In this document: one piece after another, positions 51,048-59,283 of the stretch
How positions within the stretch are numbered: the stretch's first letter is position 1
Layout: every line of letters starts with the position of its first letter
Origin: a virus
Taxonomy: Duplodnaviria; Caudoviricetes
IMG/VR virus record: IMGVR_UViG_3300025679_000005
Strand: one strand, 5' to 3'
Length of the DNA: 64,000 nucleotides
Made by a program: the position numbers and the translations under genes
Notes under the pieces: model-generated
Databases searched by the model: none
Told to the model about the DNA's origin: nothing
The model's input: only the letters and a program-made list of their open reading frames with translations

Positions 51048-53870
51048 ATGCCTGAAGACGTAGAGTTCGAAGAAATAGACAGTTCAGTGGACTTGTTCGA
51101 AGCGGCTCCACTTGCTTTGACCAGGGCGCCGACCCCTCGACAAGCCACGGTGATCGCTGGGGATCGCCTAGACGAATTCAGAGAGAGCTTGGTAGCTGAG
51201 GGCGAAACCGCTGTCGGCGATTTGACCAAGCCGTGGATGAAGTTCCACCAGTTTGTGCTCGTCAAAACGGTAGAGCAGGTGCGCCAAATAGTTGATTCTA
51301 TGCTGGAGCACGGTCGCGGGGCTATAGACTTGGAGACCGAGGGGTTGGACAACCGCATCTACTACGATGAGGAGGACAAGCCCTATACGGTGCACAAGAT
51401 CGTAGGTTTCTGCCTAGGTTACAAGGGAATAGGGCACTACATCCCCGTTCGACATAAGTTCGACACGTTCTACGGAGAGAAGGACCCGAATGTGCCGTCC
51501 GCAGGAGTGGAGTCGGAAATACGACGCCTTTGCCTGGCCTCTCAGCCTGTCTTGACTGAGGAGGGCCTTCAAGAAGACACTCTGGCTTCGCCCAAAATAG
51601 CAGTACCTCCTAAGGTCGTGCTGTACTTCTGGCACGCCAAGTTTGACCAGGAGTTCCTATACCCCATCACGGGTATAGACTTCTGGCACCCAGCCTCGTT
51701 TGAAGACGGCATGTTGGCGGCTTATACGACTTTCTCGGATGACGATTCCTTGGGCCTCAAGGACAAGGCTTTTCAGCGTCTTCAAATAGAGGACCCTGAA
51801 CTTAAAGTCGATGGGAAGCCCGTACGGCATCCCTATGAGATGATCAAGTTCAAAGAGCTTTTCAGCAAGGGGAAGAGCAACAAGGACATGCACTTTGCCG
51901 ACCTCTATCCAGAGGAGGGGAGTGCTGTAGTTAAGTACGCCTGTTCTGACGCTATCTGTACAGAGGCTCTCTGTGAGACCAAGAAGGTCGATTGGGCGTT
52001 AACGCAACCCAATCTAAAGGTCCACTACAAGGAAGTACTCACAGCCATTACGGACAAGAAGTTCGCGTTCACCTATCGTTTGGAGAAACAAACGGCTCAG
52101 GCAACCCGAGTCATGGAGCGCCCTAGGGTCAAGATCGACAAGAAGGAGATCGTCGCCCTGTTGGCTAGGGCTGAGGCAGAACGGGACAAGTACTCGGCTC
52201 TGATCACTAGTATGGCCGAAAAAAGAGGCCTTGAGAACTTCAATGTAGGCAGCACCAAACAGCTATCTGACTTCCTGTTCACAAGTAAAGGTCTGGACAT
52301 CAGTCCTAAGCCCGAGCAGAACGCCGCCTCAGGGCAGTACAAGACGGATGCCGCGACGCTTGAGAAGATGTCCGAGAATCCGGACGCTCAGGAGGTCCTA
52401 GTTTGGATCGTCAAATATCGCCAGATCGACAAGATCATTGGGACATACCTGACTAGCATGTCCACGAACTGCGACGCCAACGACGAGCTACGGTTCGGGT
52501 TCAATCAGACAGGCGCTGCGACCGGTCGCTTTACAGCTTCGGCGGGTATGCCAGATCACGGCTACTCGGGTATCCCCATTCACGGGATCCCTGCTAGGAG
52601 CGACCCTAAGAAGCCGGAGGTTGCCCATTCCCTGCGTCGAGCCTTCGTAGCTAGAAAAGGGTATACCTTGGTCAAGGTCGACTACGCCGGCCAGGAACTA
52701 CGTGTTGTCGCCAACCTTTCCGGTGAGAAGGTGTGGATCGACGAGTTCCTTAACGGAACAGGAGACCTACACACTATCACGGCCAAGGCCTTCTTCGGAC
52801 AGCACATCACTAAAGAGGATAAAGTCGAACGTACTGCGGGGAAAACCGCGAACTTCGCTCTAATCTATGGTGGCGGACCTCAAGCTATCATGCGGGCAAC
52901 TGGGTGTGACAAAGTCGAGGGGACTAGACGTAAGGCCAACTTTGACAAGAGCGTACCAACGTTCGCTGGTTGGGTGAAGACTCAGCATGCCAATGTGAAA
53001 AAGACCAAGGGTGTCTTCACGGCTTTCGGTCGATTCATTGCCATTCCCGACGCTAATGTGAAGGCAGGAGACCTTGATAACAAGGGGAATCCTATCATTG
53101 AGGCCGACGCCCGTAAGATTGGGGCGGCTTGTGAGCGGAAGTCCACTAATTTCCCGATCCAAGGTTCGGGAGCAGATATCATGAAGATATCCATGGTCAA
53201 GCTTGTGAAGGAGTTCACAAAGTTTGGCTGGCTACGTCATGGTGGGGACGATTCTGTTCGGATGCTCCTCACGGTCCACGATGAAATCGTGTTCGAGGTC
53301 AAGCATGAGCGCCTTGCTCAGGCCATGCCCGTCATTATCGCTACCATGGAATTCCCTTCTAAGATGGCGAAATGGCGGGTCCCGCTAATTGTAGAACCCC
53401 TCATCAGCCAGACCTGGGAAGCTAAGCTTGATTGGCACGAAGTCATGGCCGGCAAGAAAGCGGACGGAACCCCTGTGCCGGTGCCTAAGTGGCTCGAAGG
53501 CACCCTCAAGCCTGGAGAGGAGCACGATACTCCAGAGGCAGTACCCCCTCATCAGGTGACCCCTCTAACGGTATCTACTATCGTTCCCTCGGGGCCTGTC
53601 AATCCGACTAAGGGAACCCTTCCAACTTACATCTTCGCTTTGAACGATACCTACTTGACCCGTCGGTCGGTCGATCTGGTTTTTGAAGCCCTAGCGGCCT
53701 CTATCGACCCTGACAGCAGGGTGTTTCTGTGCCTCAAGGATAGTCAGCACAATATCTTGATTGACCCGACAAAGAGGAAAATACCAATAAATCCACAGAC
53801 TTTCTCTATGAAGCTGCGGGACAAGAACCTGGGGTCGGGGGATCATATGTACAAAGAAGATCCTTTATGA
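51048..53870 (+). CDS. polA: DNA polymerase family A with 3'-5' exonuclease and C-terminal extension
   Basis: Exo I DLETEG, Exo II HAKFD, Exo III YACSDA. Motif A DYAGQELR, motif B RTAGKTANFALIYG (Phe at the E. coli 762-equivalent site), motif C VHDEI. No 5'-3' exonuclease domain. Confidence 0.95.
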   Translation: MPEDVEFEEIDSSVDLFEAAPLALTRAPTPRQATVIAGDRLDEFRESLVAEGETAVGDLTKPWMKFHQFVLVKTVEQVRQIVDSMLEHGRGAIDLETEGLDNRIYYDEEDKPYTVHKIVGFCLGYKGIGHYIPVRHKFDTFYGEKDPNVPSAGVESEIRRLCLASQPVLTEEGLQEDTLASPKIAVPPKVVLYFWHAKFDQEFLYPITGIDFWHPASFEDGMLAAYTTFSDDDSLGLKDKAFQRLQIEDPELKVDGKPVRHPYEMIKFKELFSKGKSNKDMHFADLYPEEGSAVVKYACSDAICTEALCETKKVDWALTQPNLKVHYKEVLTAITDKKFAFTYRLEKQTAQATRVMERPRVKIDKKEIVALLARAEAERDKYSALITSMAEKRGLENFNVGSTKQLSDFLFTSKGLDISPKPEQNAASGQYKTDAATLEKMSENPDAQEVLVWIVKYRQIDKIIGTYLTSMSTNCDANDELRFGFNQTGAATGRFTASAGMPDHGYSGIPIHGIPARSDPKKPEVAHSLRRAFVARKGYTLVKVDYAGQELRVVANLSGEKVWIDEFLNGTGDLHTITAKAFFGQHITKEDKVERTAGKTANFALIYGGGPQAIMRATGCDKVEGTRRKANFDKSVPTFAGWVKTQHANVKKTKGVFTAFGRFIAIPDANVKAGDLDNKGNPIIEADARKIGAACERKSTNFPIQGSGADIMKISMVKLVKEFTKFGWLRHGGDDSVRMLLTVHDEIVFEVKHERLAQAMPVIIATMEFPSKMAKWRVPLIVEPLISQTWEAKLDWHEVMAGKKADGTPVPVPKWLEGTLKPGEEHDTPEAVPPHQVTPLTVSTIVPSGPVNPTKGTLPTYIFALNDTYLTRRSVDLVFEALAASIDPDSRVFLCLKDSQHNILIDPTKRKIPINPQTFSMKLRDKNLGSGDHMYKEDPL

Positions 53871-53891
53871 TCCTCCTATTAGAGGCCGAAC

Positions 53892-54533
53892 ATGCCTAGC
53901 CAACCCCCGCGTCGAGATCTTCTCCAAGAATGCGATGAGAAGAAGGTGCCCCTGCAAGAGATCTTGCAGGGGTGGTGCCCTAGGTGTGTGAATCCTGGGT
54001 GTACCCGTAGTCAATGGGGGAAGAGCAAGTTTGAGGACAGGGTCATCCATTGGGAAGACCGCCTGTTCTTGAATCCTGCCAAGCTGGATCCGACCGACCC
54101 TCGATTCAGTCTCATTTCTGCGAAGAATTTCTTGACAATCGCTCCTGGGACCCCAGGGTCTCCGACCTCGGATTGGATAGACCCCAGGCAGACCCGTGCT
54201 GAACCCGTAATGGTGCAGGTGCCGGTAACAGTGATGCCAGTCCCGACGCCTTACACCCCGCCTGTGGTCGTGGTGGAGGCGCCTAAGGCAGCAGAAGTCG
54301 AGGCGCAGGCTCCTACAGTCCTTGCTCCCGAGCCTGTAGTTGTGGTACAAAAGGCGCCGGTCACCCTACCTGCGCTCCAAAATACGGTAGTCAGACCTCA
54401 ACAAATGATCGACGGTGGGCTCAGGTCGAGTCAAACTTCGGTGTTAGATCCCTGGGCACCAAAGCCTTCACTGAGCCCTAGCGGCGAACGGGTCGTAACA
54501 CCTGGCGCCAAAATCAAGCTCGGCGGAGGCTGA
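53892..54533 (+). CDS. Hypothetical protein, N-terminal Cys cluster and Pro/Val-rich C-terminus
   Basis: C...WCPRCVNPGC. GAGG precedes the ATG. Confidence 0.65.
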   Translation: MPSQPPRRDLLQECDEKKVPLQEILQGWCPRCVNPGCTRSQWGKSKFEDRVIHWEDRLFLNPAKLDPTDPRFSLISAKNFLTIAPGTPGSPTSDWIDPRQTRAEPVMVQVPVTVMPVPTPYTPPVVVVEAPKAAEVEAQAPTVLAPEPVVVVQKAPVTLPALQNTVVRPQQMIDGGLRSSQTSVLDPWAPKPSLSPSGERVVTPGAKIKLGGG

Positions 54534-54539
54534 CTCAGC

Positions 54540-54546
54540 CGGTGTA
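54540..54546 (+). promoter_or_regulatory. Putative phage promoter motif CGGTGTA
   Basis: Intergenic, upstream of the AAGGAG RBS of the 54579 gene. Confidence 0.5.
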
Positions 54547-54578
54547 TGAACCGTAGTTACCCCTAAGGAGATGAGCCC

Positions 54579-54743
54579 ATGAAATTCGAAGTCTTGATTT
54601 ACCCCGACGGCAAGCGCACCCACGAAGTGATCGAACGTACGGAGGGTGAGAACTGCGAGAAGATTCTCCAGTTCAACGCCGGCACGATGGTGTCCGATGA
54701 ACGGACCGGCCCCGACTGCGATAAAGTCGAAGAAACCAACTGA
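54579..54743 (+). CDS. DUF2997-like small protein (54 aa; not in ORF track)
   Basis: AAGGAG at 54565-54570. Translates MKFEVLIYPDGKRTHEVIERTEGENCEKILQFNAGTMVSDERTGPDCDKVEETN, fitting the I.PDG.V..EV....G..C pattern and the adjacency to a DUF1257-like gene. Confidence 0.7.
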   Translation: MKFEVLIYPDGKRTHEVIERTEGENCEKILQFNAGTMVSDERTGPDCDKVEETN

Positions 54744-54785
54744 TTCTCAAAGAAACAAAGAAACAAGGAAACGAAAGGAATAATC

Positions 54786-55109
54786 ATGTCGCACAAAGTG
54801 ACTTTCAAGTCAGAGTTCAAGGATGCGGAGTTGGTCAAAAATGCCCTCACCGCCAAGAAGTACACGTTCAACCAAACGGGCAACGTGTTCGCAATCACCA
54901 GTGGCCCGTTCAACCGCGCCACGCTCGACGCCAACACGGGCGAGCTGACTGGTGATACGGACTACCATCGCAAGGATGAGCTAGGCGCATTCCGTCAAGC
55001 ATACTCGGAAGCTGAGTTCCGTCGCCAAGCGGCCATCGAGGGTCTCACCATCGAAAGTCGTACGGAAACCAACGGCATCGTTCGTATGCTTTGCTCTTCG
55101 TACGGCTGA
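54786..55109 (+). CDS. DUF1257 (Ycf35)-like protein
   Basis: MSHKVTFKSEFKDAELVKNAL...FRQAYS...AAIEGLTI...NGIVRM matches the MSH...KT.I.D...L..AL / Q.Y pattern. AAAGGA RBS. Confidence 0.75.
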   Translation: MSHKVTFKSEFKDAELVKNALTAKKYTFNQTGNVFAITSGPFNRATLDANTGELTGDTDYHRKDELGAFRQAYSEAEFRRQAAIEGLTIESRTETNGIVRMLCSSYG

Positions 55110-55127
55110 TCTCTAGCTCTGGTCGTT

Positions 55128-55170
55128 AAACGGGCCCTGTCCTTTTTAGGATTAGGGCCCGTTTCTTTTC
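55128..55170 (+). terminator. Intrinsic terminator
   Basis: AAACGGGCCCT-GTCCT/TTTT/AGGATT-AGGGCCCGTTT stem followed by CTTTTC. Confidence 0.75.
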
Positions 55171-55177
55171 CATGTCC

Positions 55178-55184
55178 CGGTGTA
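55178..55184 (+). promoter_or_regulatory. Putative phage promoter motif CGGTGTA
   Basis: Immediately after a terminator and starting 22 nt before the AAA ATPase ATG, which has no SD. Confidence 0.55.
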
Positions 55185-55199
55185 AAGCAGAGCACGATC

Positions 55200-56768
55200 A
55201 TGAACGAAGAACTCAAATTCCACCTAAGGTCCCTCACTCGGTTCATCTACTTCGTCACGGAGGAAGAAGACCGCTTCTTGCTGGATATCGAGAAGACCCT
55301 GGGTCCGCTTAAGAAGGCCGCCACCTTCGTCTACAATGCGGCCTTTGGGCTGCAAGCCCTCAAGGGTCTAGCTGATGATTGGAAGTCCCGAGAGCACAAG
55401 GTCGACACCAACACCACGAATATCAACGAAGCCCTCATCAAGGTATACAAGGACGACCCCAGAGAGCTTCAGTTTTACTACGTCATTACGGATCCTGATC
55501 GGTATCTGACGGATCCCCATGTCGTGCGGCGCCTGCTCAATATCGCCCACCAGCTCCACAACAATAACGAGATCATCAAGGTCATCATCTTCGCTGGTCC
55601 CCGCCTCGTAATCCCGCAGAAGTTGCAGAGGTACATCGAAGTCGTTCACGATAAGGGTCTGACTGACGATCAGCTCCAAGACACTGTCTCTGAGATCTGT
55701 AAGCAGCTGACCATCGCCCCCACAGCGAATATCGCGAAGACCTTCAAGGGATTGAATTCCTGGGAAGTTGACGCAGCCATTGCTCAGAGTGTCATCCTCA
55801 ACCGTGTTCCCGGCAATAGCGAGAAGCGTATTGATGCCAAGCACATCGCTGAATTCAAGCGACGCCAGCTCAAGAAGACCGACCTCGTCAGCTACATCGA
55901 TACCAGCGAGTGGGGCTTCGACAGGGTCGGAGGAGCCGATCGGTTCAAAGCTTGGGCCAACAAGACCAAAGCTGCTTGGACTGATGCTGGGCAGAAGTTT
56001 GGCCTGGTGCCACCCAAGGGAGTCCTCCTGGCAGGGCTCTGGGGTTGTGGCAAAAGCATCTCGGTGAAAGCTCTTGGCAATGCCTGGAAGCTCCCAGTGG
56101 TTCAGCTAGAAATGGGCAAACTTCGTTCAAGTGGCGTCGGTGATTCCGAGGCCAACACCTATCGAGTACTCAATCTGATTGAGTCGGTGGCCCCTTGCAT
56201 CCTCTGGATTGATGAGGCTGAGAAGTCCCTGTCAGGCAGCGCTTCTTCGTCCCACAGCGATTCTGGAACGACCTCCCGCATGATCGGTATTCTCTCCACG
56301 TGGATGCAGGAGACGAAGGCCAGGGTCTGTACGGCCATGACCGCCAACACCCTGAAGAATCTGCCGACAGAATTCGTCAACCGCATGAACGAGCGCTTCT
56401 TCTTCGACCTCCCGGCCGAGGAGGAGCGCGTCGATATCCTCAAGATCCACCTGAAGGCCAAAGGTCAAGACCCCACCAGGTACAATCTGGCCAGCCTCTC
56501 GGAAGCCGCCAAGAACATGGTGGGTCGTGAGATCGAGCAGGCCATCGAAGCGGCAATGACGGAGTCCTTTGACGCCAACAAGGAGGGTCTGGACGGGGAG
56601 ATCCTGGAGAATGAACTCCAGCAGAAGCCCCGCATCTTCAAGACCATGAGTGACGAGATCCGGGAACTCACGGATTGGGTTGGCTACGATGACGAGGTAA
56701 ACGACGGAATCCGTGCTAGGTTTGCGTCCTCCGAACGGATTTCCCTATACCGCCAAAACAAAGCCTGA
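55200..56768 (+). CDS. Ycf46-type AAA+ ATPase (inactive N-terminal AAA-like module plus active AAA domain)
   Basis: IYFVTEEEDR N-terminus, VGGADRFKAW, Walker A GLWGCGKS, VGDSE, Walker B WIDEAEK, TAN...LP.EF..R...FFFDLP..EER.DI. Confidence 0.88.
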   Translation: MNEELKFHLRSLTRFIYFVTEEEDRFLLDIEKTLGPLKKAATFVYNAAFGLQALKGLADDWKSREHKVDTNTTNINEALIKVYKDDPRELQFYYVITDPDRYLTDPHVVRRLLNIAHQLHNNNEIIKVIIFAGPRLVIPQKLQRYIEVVHDKGLTDDQLQDTVSEICKQLTIAPTANIAKTFKGLNSWEVDAAIAQSVILNRVPGNSEKRIDAKHIAEFKRRQLKKTDLVSYIDTSEWGFDRVGGADRFKAWANKTKAAWTDAGQKFGLVPPKGVLLAGLWGCGKSISVKALGNAWKLPVVQLEMGKLRSSGVGDSEANTYRVLNLIESVAPCILWIDEAEKSLSGSASSSHSDSGTTSRMIGILSTWMQETKARVCTAMTANTLKNLPTEFVNRMNERFFFDLPAEEERVDILKIHLKAKGQDPTRYNLASLSEAAKNMVGREIEQAIEAAMTESFDANKEGLDGEILENELQQKPRIFKTMSDEIRELTDWVGYDDEVNDGIRARFASSERISLYRQNKA

Positions 56769-56803
56769 TGCCTCTGAGTATTCAGAGGTGAATTGAAATA
56801 AAT

Positions 56804-57979
56804 ATGCCCGACGAACTCGTAACGACCGAACACCCCCACTCGGGTTTGGTTCAACGACTGAATCCACAGGTACTGTCCAAGGCCAATCCGGAGGTTGTAG
56901 ACCTCCTTCAAGCCCGAGCAGACGTTCAAAGGGTGGAATCCCTCAAGGAGATTTTCCGAAAGTCCGTGACTGAGCAGTGGCCGGATGGTCGCCTTGAATC
57001 CGAGGTGACCGCCGGCCTGCGTCAGATCTGGCCTCACGGGGATCCTACGGAAGCGGCTCAGTTCCTAGCTGACGAGTACCGCCAGCTAGGAGAGGGCATT
57101 CACCTAGTTTCCACAGAGACCGGTCGGGTGACCCTTGTCCTGACTGAGGCGGACATCCATCAGCCGGCACCAGTTCCCAGGGAGGGCGGCGGCATGGCCA
57201 CTCCACTCCCCATCATCCGGCCGGATCTGTCGGCGGCATTGGTGACTTGGAACTACACCAATGCCAGGGAAGCTCAAGTACTGGAGGTGTTGGCTGCCAG
57301 AGGGCACCAAACAGAGCTTCTACGGGAATTGGGCGATCCCCGGCTCCTGGTTGCCTCCAGGGCGGGCCGCAAACACATAGTCGAGTCCTTGGCTCAGATA
57401 CCCCCCAAGGCCCTCTTGGAGTCAGCTGGCGGCACCTCGGCCGCGTTCCTTAAGTTCTTCCAGCTAGTGGACGAGCCTTTGACAGAGGTCCCGGCTGGTC
57501 ATGCCCACTTGAAAGGAGCAACCTCCGCCAAATCGACCATGGGTATCCAGGACATGCTGACCACGAACCTGTCTTACAACCGCCCTAGGGTTCTCCAGGG
57601 TGCCGTGACTCAGGGGTGGATCCGGGATATGGCCAAAGCTGTTTCTCAGTTCGCATACGCGCCCACGGCCGAAGAGGCTGAGCTAGATGACATTGTGTCA
57701 TTGCCCGCACAGTTTTGGATTCTACCCCCACAGCTGACGCGCCCTTTCATGCACATTGACCGAAAGATAACTGTCCTACCTGTAGATGACGCCCACCCAA
57801 TGGGATTGGCTGGCTCTGCCGGTTACATCTACGTGCCTTCCCAGTTTCAGGCAAAGAGTAGGGAATTCTTCAGCCGCTGGGAAACAGTAGCTAACCTCGA
57901 ATTCCAGATCTGGCTCCGTCTAGACGCCCTCCGACCCCTGACAATTACAGGTCAGGCTCACGAAGCCCAAGTGGTCTGA
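56804..57979 (+). CDS. Hypothetical protein (391 aa), possibly a diverged HK97-fold capsid-like paralogue
   Basis: The ORF is well supported. The fold call rests only on LVASRAGRKHIVESLAQ and the C-terminal AGYIYV...WETVANLEFQIWL...LRPLTI pattern. Confidence 0.55.
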   Translation: MPDELVTTEHPHSGLVQRLNPQVLSKANPEVVDLLQARADVQRVESLKEIFRKSVTEQWPDGRLESEVTAGLRQIWPHGDPTEAAQFLADEYRQLGEGIHLVSTETGRVTLVLTEADIHQPAPVPREGGGMATPLPIIRPDLSAALVTWNYTNAREAQVLEVLAARGHQTELLRELGDPRLLVASRAGRKHIVESLAQIPPKALLESAGGTSAAFLKFFQLVDEPLTEVPAGHAHLKGATSAKSTMGIQDMLTTNLSYNRPRVLQGAVTQGWIRDMAKAVSQFAYAPTAEEAELDDIVSLPAQFWILPPQLTRPFMHIDRKITVLPVDDAHPMGLAGSAGYIYVPSQFQAKSREFFSRWETVANLEFQIWLRLDALRPLTITGQAHEAQVV

Positions 57980-57982
57980 CCG

Positions 57983-57993
57983 TTCCTTTGATT
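57983..57993 (+). promoter_or_regulatory. Second promoter-like motif TTCCTTTGATT
   Basis: Starts 25 nt before ATG 58008. The identical 11-mer starts 24 nt before ATG 63005. Confidence 0.5.
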
Positions 57994-58007
57994 GAATCTC
58001 ACAGGGG

Positions 58008-58274
58008 ATGGCCCTGTATAGCTTCATCGTCATAGCCCAGAAGCCTAGCGGCATTGTTGATCCCATGGTCATGCTCGACAAGGGCTTGAATGTGTTCACT
58101 GCTGAGATTCCAGACCTCGACGGCTTCCTGATCCAACTCAAGGATGAGGGCGTAGTCGTCAAAACAATGAATCGCCTCGATGACTTCGAAGCGGGCGATT
58201 CAAGTGATCTTCAATTACCGGGTGAAGACCTCTTCGCCCTGAATGGGAGTTTTGATGGCGAAGTCGAGACATGA
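58008..58274 (+). CDS. Small acidic hypothetical protein
   Basis: 88 aa ORF preceded by AGGGG. Confidence 0.6.
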   Translation: MALYSFIVIAQKPSGIVDPMVMLDKGLNVFTAEIPDLDGFLIQLKDEGVVVKTMNRLDDFEAGDSSDLQLPGEDLFALNGSFDGEVET

Positions 58275-58536
58275 TTCTGCACCTCCTAGGCAGAAACTAG
58301 AAAAAGAGGACGCCAAGGCGGAGATCCTTATCCTATTCAACCGCAGTATGCGCCCTCTGCTCATTGGGACAGCAGCTCTTCATCTAGGAAGCTTCTGGTC
58401 TATCGACAAGACAGAGGCGCTCTTCCACGAACTTGTGGGAGAGGGCGAAATACGAGAACTGAATTCGACCGAACGGCAATCCCACGACGTGACCCACGGC
58501 TATGTGCTCGTGAAGCGTTTCAGGATGCCAACGTGA
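58255..58536 (+). CDS. Small hypothetical protein, possibly winged-helix-like
   Basis: GGGAG precedes ATG 58255 (the track starts at 58243). EALFHELVGEGEIREL resembles a wHTH helix-wing. Confidence 0.5.
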   Translation: MAKSRHDSAPPRQKLEKEDAKAEILILFNRSMRPLLIGTAALHLGSFWSIDKTEALFHELVGEGEIRELNSTERQSHDVTHGYVLVKRFRMPT

Positions 58537-58697
58537 ACGGCAAGTTCAAGACAGAGCCACCGACAATTCCCTTCAGCAAAGAGCACCGAGCCGCAAAGCT
58601 TGTGAAGAATTGGGCGGCCTGCTCTACGGAGAGCCAGAAGCTGATTGAGCAAATGGCCGCTCGCCTAGCGTTGTTGGGACCCAAAGAGGCCAAGTAA
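58533..58697 (+). CDS. Small hypothetical protein (54 aa; not in ORF track)
   Basis: GTGA overlap with the upstream stop. Translates MNGKFKTEPPTIPFSKEHRAAKLVKNWAACSTESQKLIEQMAARLALLGPKEAK and fills the gap exactly. Confidence 0.55.
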   Translation: MNGKFKTEPPTIPFSKEHRAAKLVKNWAACSTESQKLIEQMAARLALLGPKEAK

Positions 58698-58704
58698 CGG
58701 TGTA
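58698..58704 (+). promoter_or_regulatory. Putative phage promoter motif CGGTGTA
   Basis: Directly after a stop codon, with 9 nt between the motif and the macrodomain ATG. Confidence 0.5.
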
Positions 58705-58713
58705 AGGGCTGAG

Positions 58714-59175
58714 ATGCCCATTACGTACTTGAAGGGCGACGCTACTCGCCCGAAAATAGGTGGCCCCACGGTGATCGCACAGGTGGTCAACACGTCGGGA
58801 GGTTGGGGTCGCGGCTTCGTCCTCGCTGTCTCCGAACGCTGGGAGGAGCCCGAATATGCTTACCGTCGATGGTACGCCTCCAAAGTCGGTTTCGAACTAG
58901 GGGCGATCCAGGTCGTAGAAGTCGAGCCCGAACTATGGGTGTGCAACATGCTCGCTCAGCAGGGCTACTTGACCACCAAGAAGAATGGCCCGCCAATTCG
59001 TTACGAGGCGCTCAGGAAGTGCCTCGTACAGCTCAACGAGAAAGCTATTGAACTAGGCGCTAGTATTTGCCTTCCTAGGATCGGCTGTGGCCTCGCAGGT
59101 GGGTCGTGGAATGTGATCGGCCCAATGGTCGAGGAAACGCTGGCTTCGAGGCCGGTTTACGTCTACGACCTATGA
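58714..59175 (+). CDS. Macrodomain protein (Poa1p/TARG1-like ADP-ribose processing family)
   Basis: ITYLKGDAT, VIAQVVN..GGWGRGF, VCNMLAQ, IRYEALRKCL, LPRIGCGLAGGSW. Confidence 0.9.
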   Translation: MPITYLKGDATRPKIGGPTVIAQVVNTSGGWGRGFVLAVSERWEEPEYAYRRWYASKVGFELGAIQVVEVEPELWVCNMLAQQGYLTTKKNGPPIRYEALRKCLVQLNEKAIELGASICLPRIGCGLAGGSWNVIGPMVEETLASRPVYVYDL

Positions 59176-59283
59176 CATATCCTGACCCACCTGTCTCTGA
59201 CGGTTGGTGTAGTATGTGGTGCACGATGACAGCACACCCCATCGTTCGTCTGTGTGTGCAGTGATCCGCCAAAGGAGAAACCC

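Noticed and set aside
55200-56768. MoxR-type ATPase partner of the vWA protein, or FtsH
   Set aside because: Motifs fit the classical AAA clade (Ycf46-like two-module layout), with no MoxR signatures, TM segments or HExxH protease motif.
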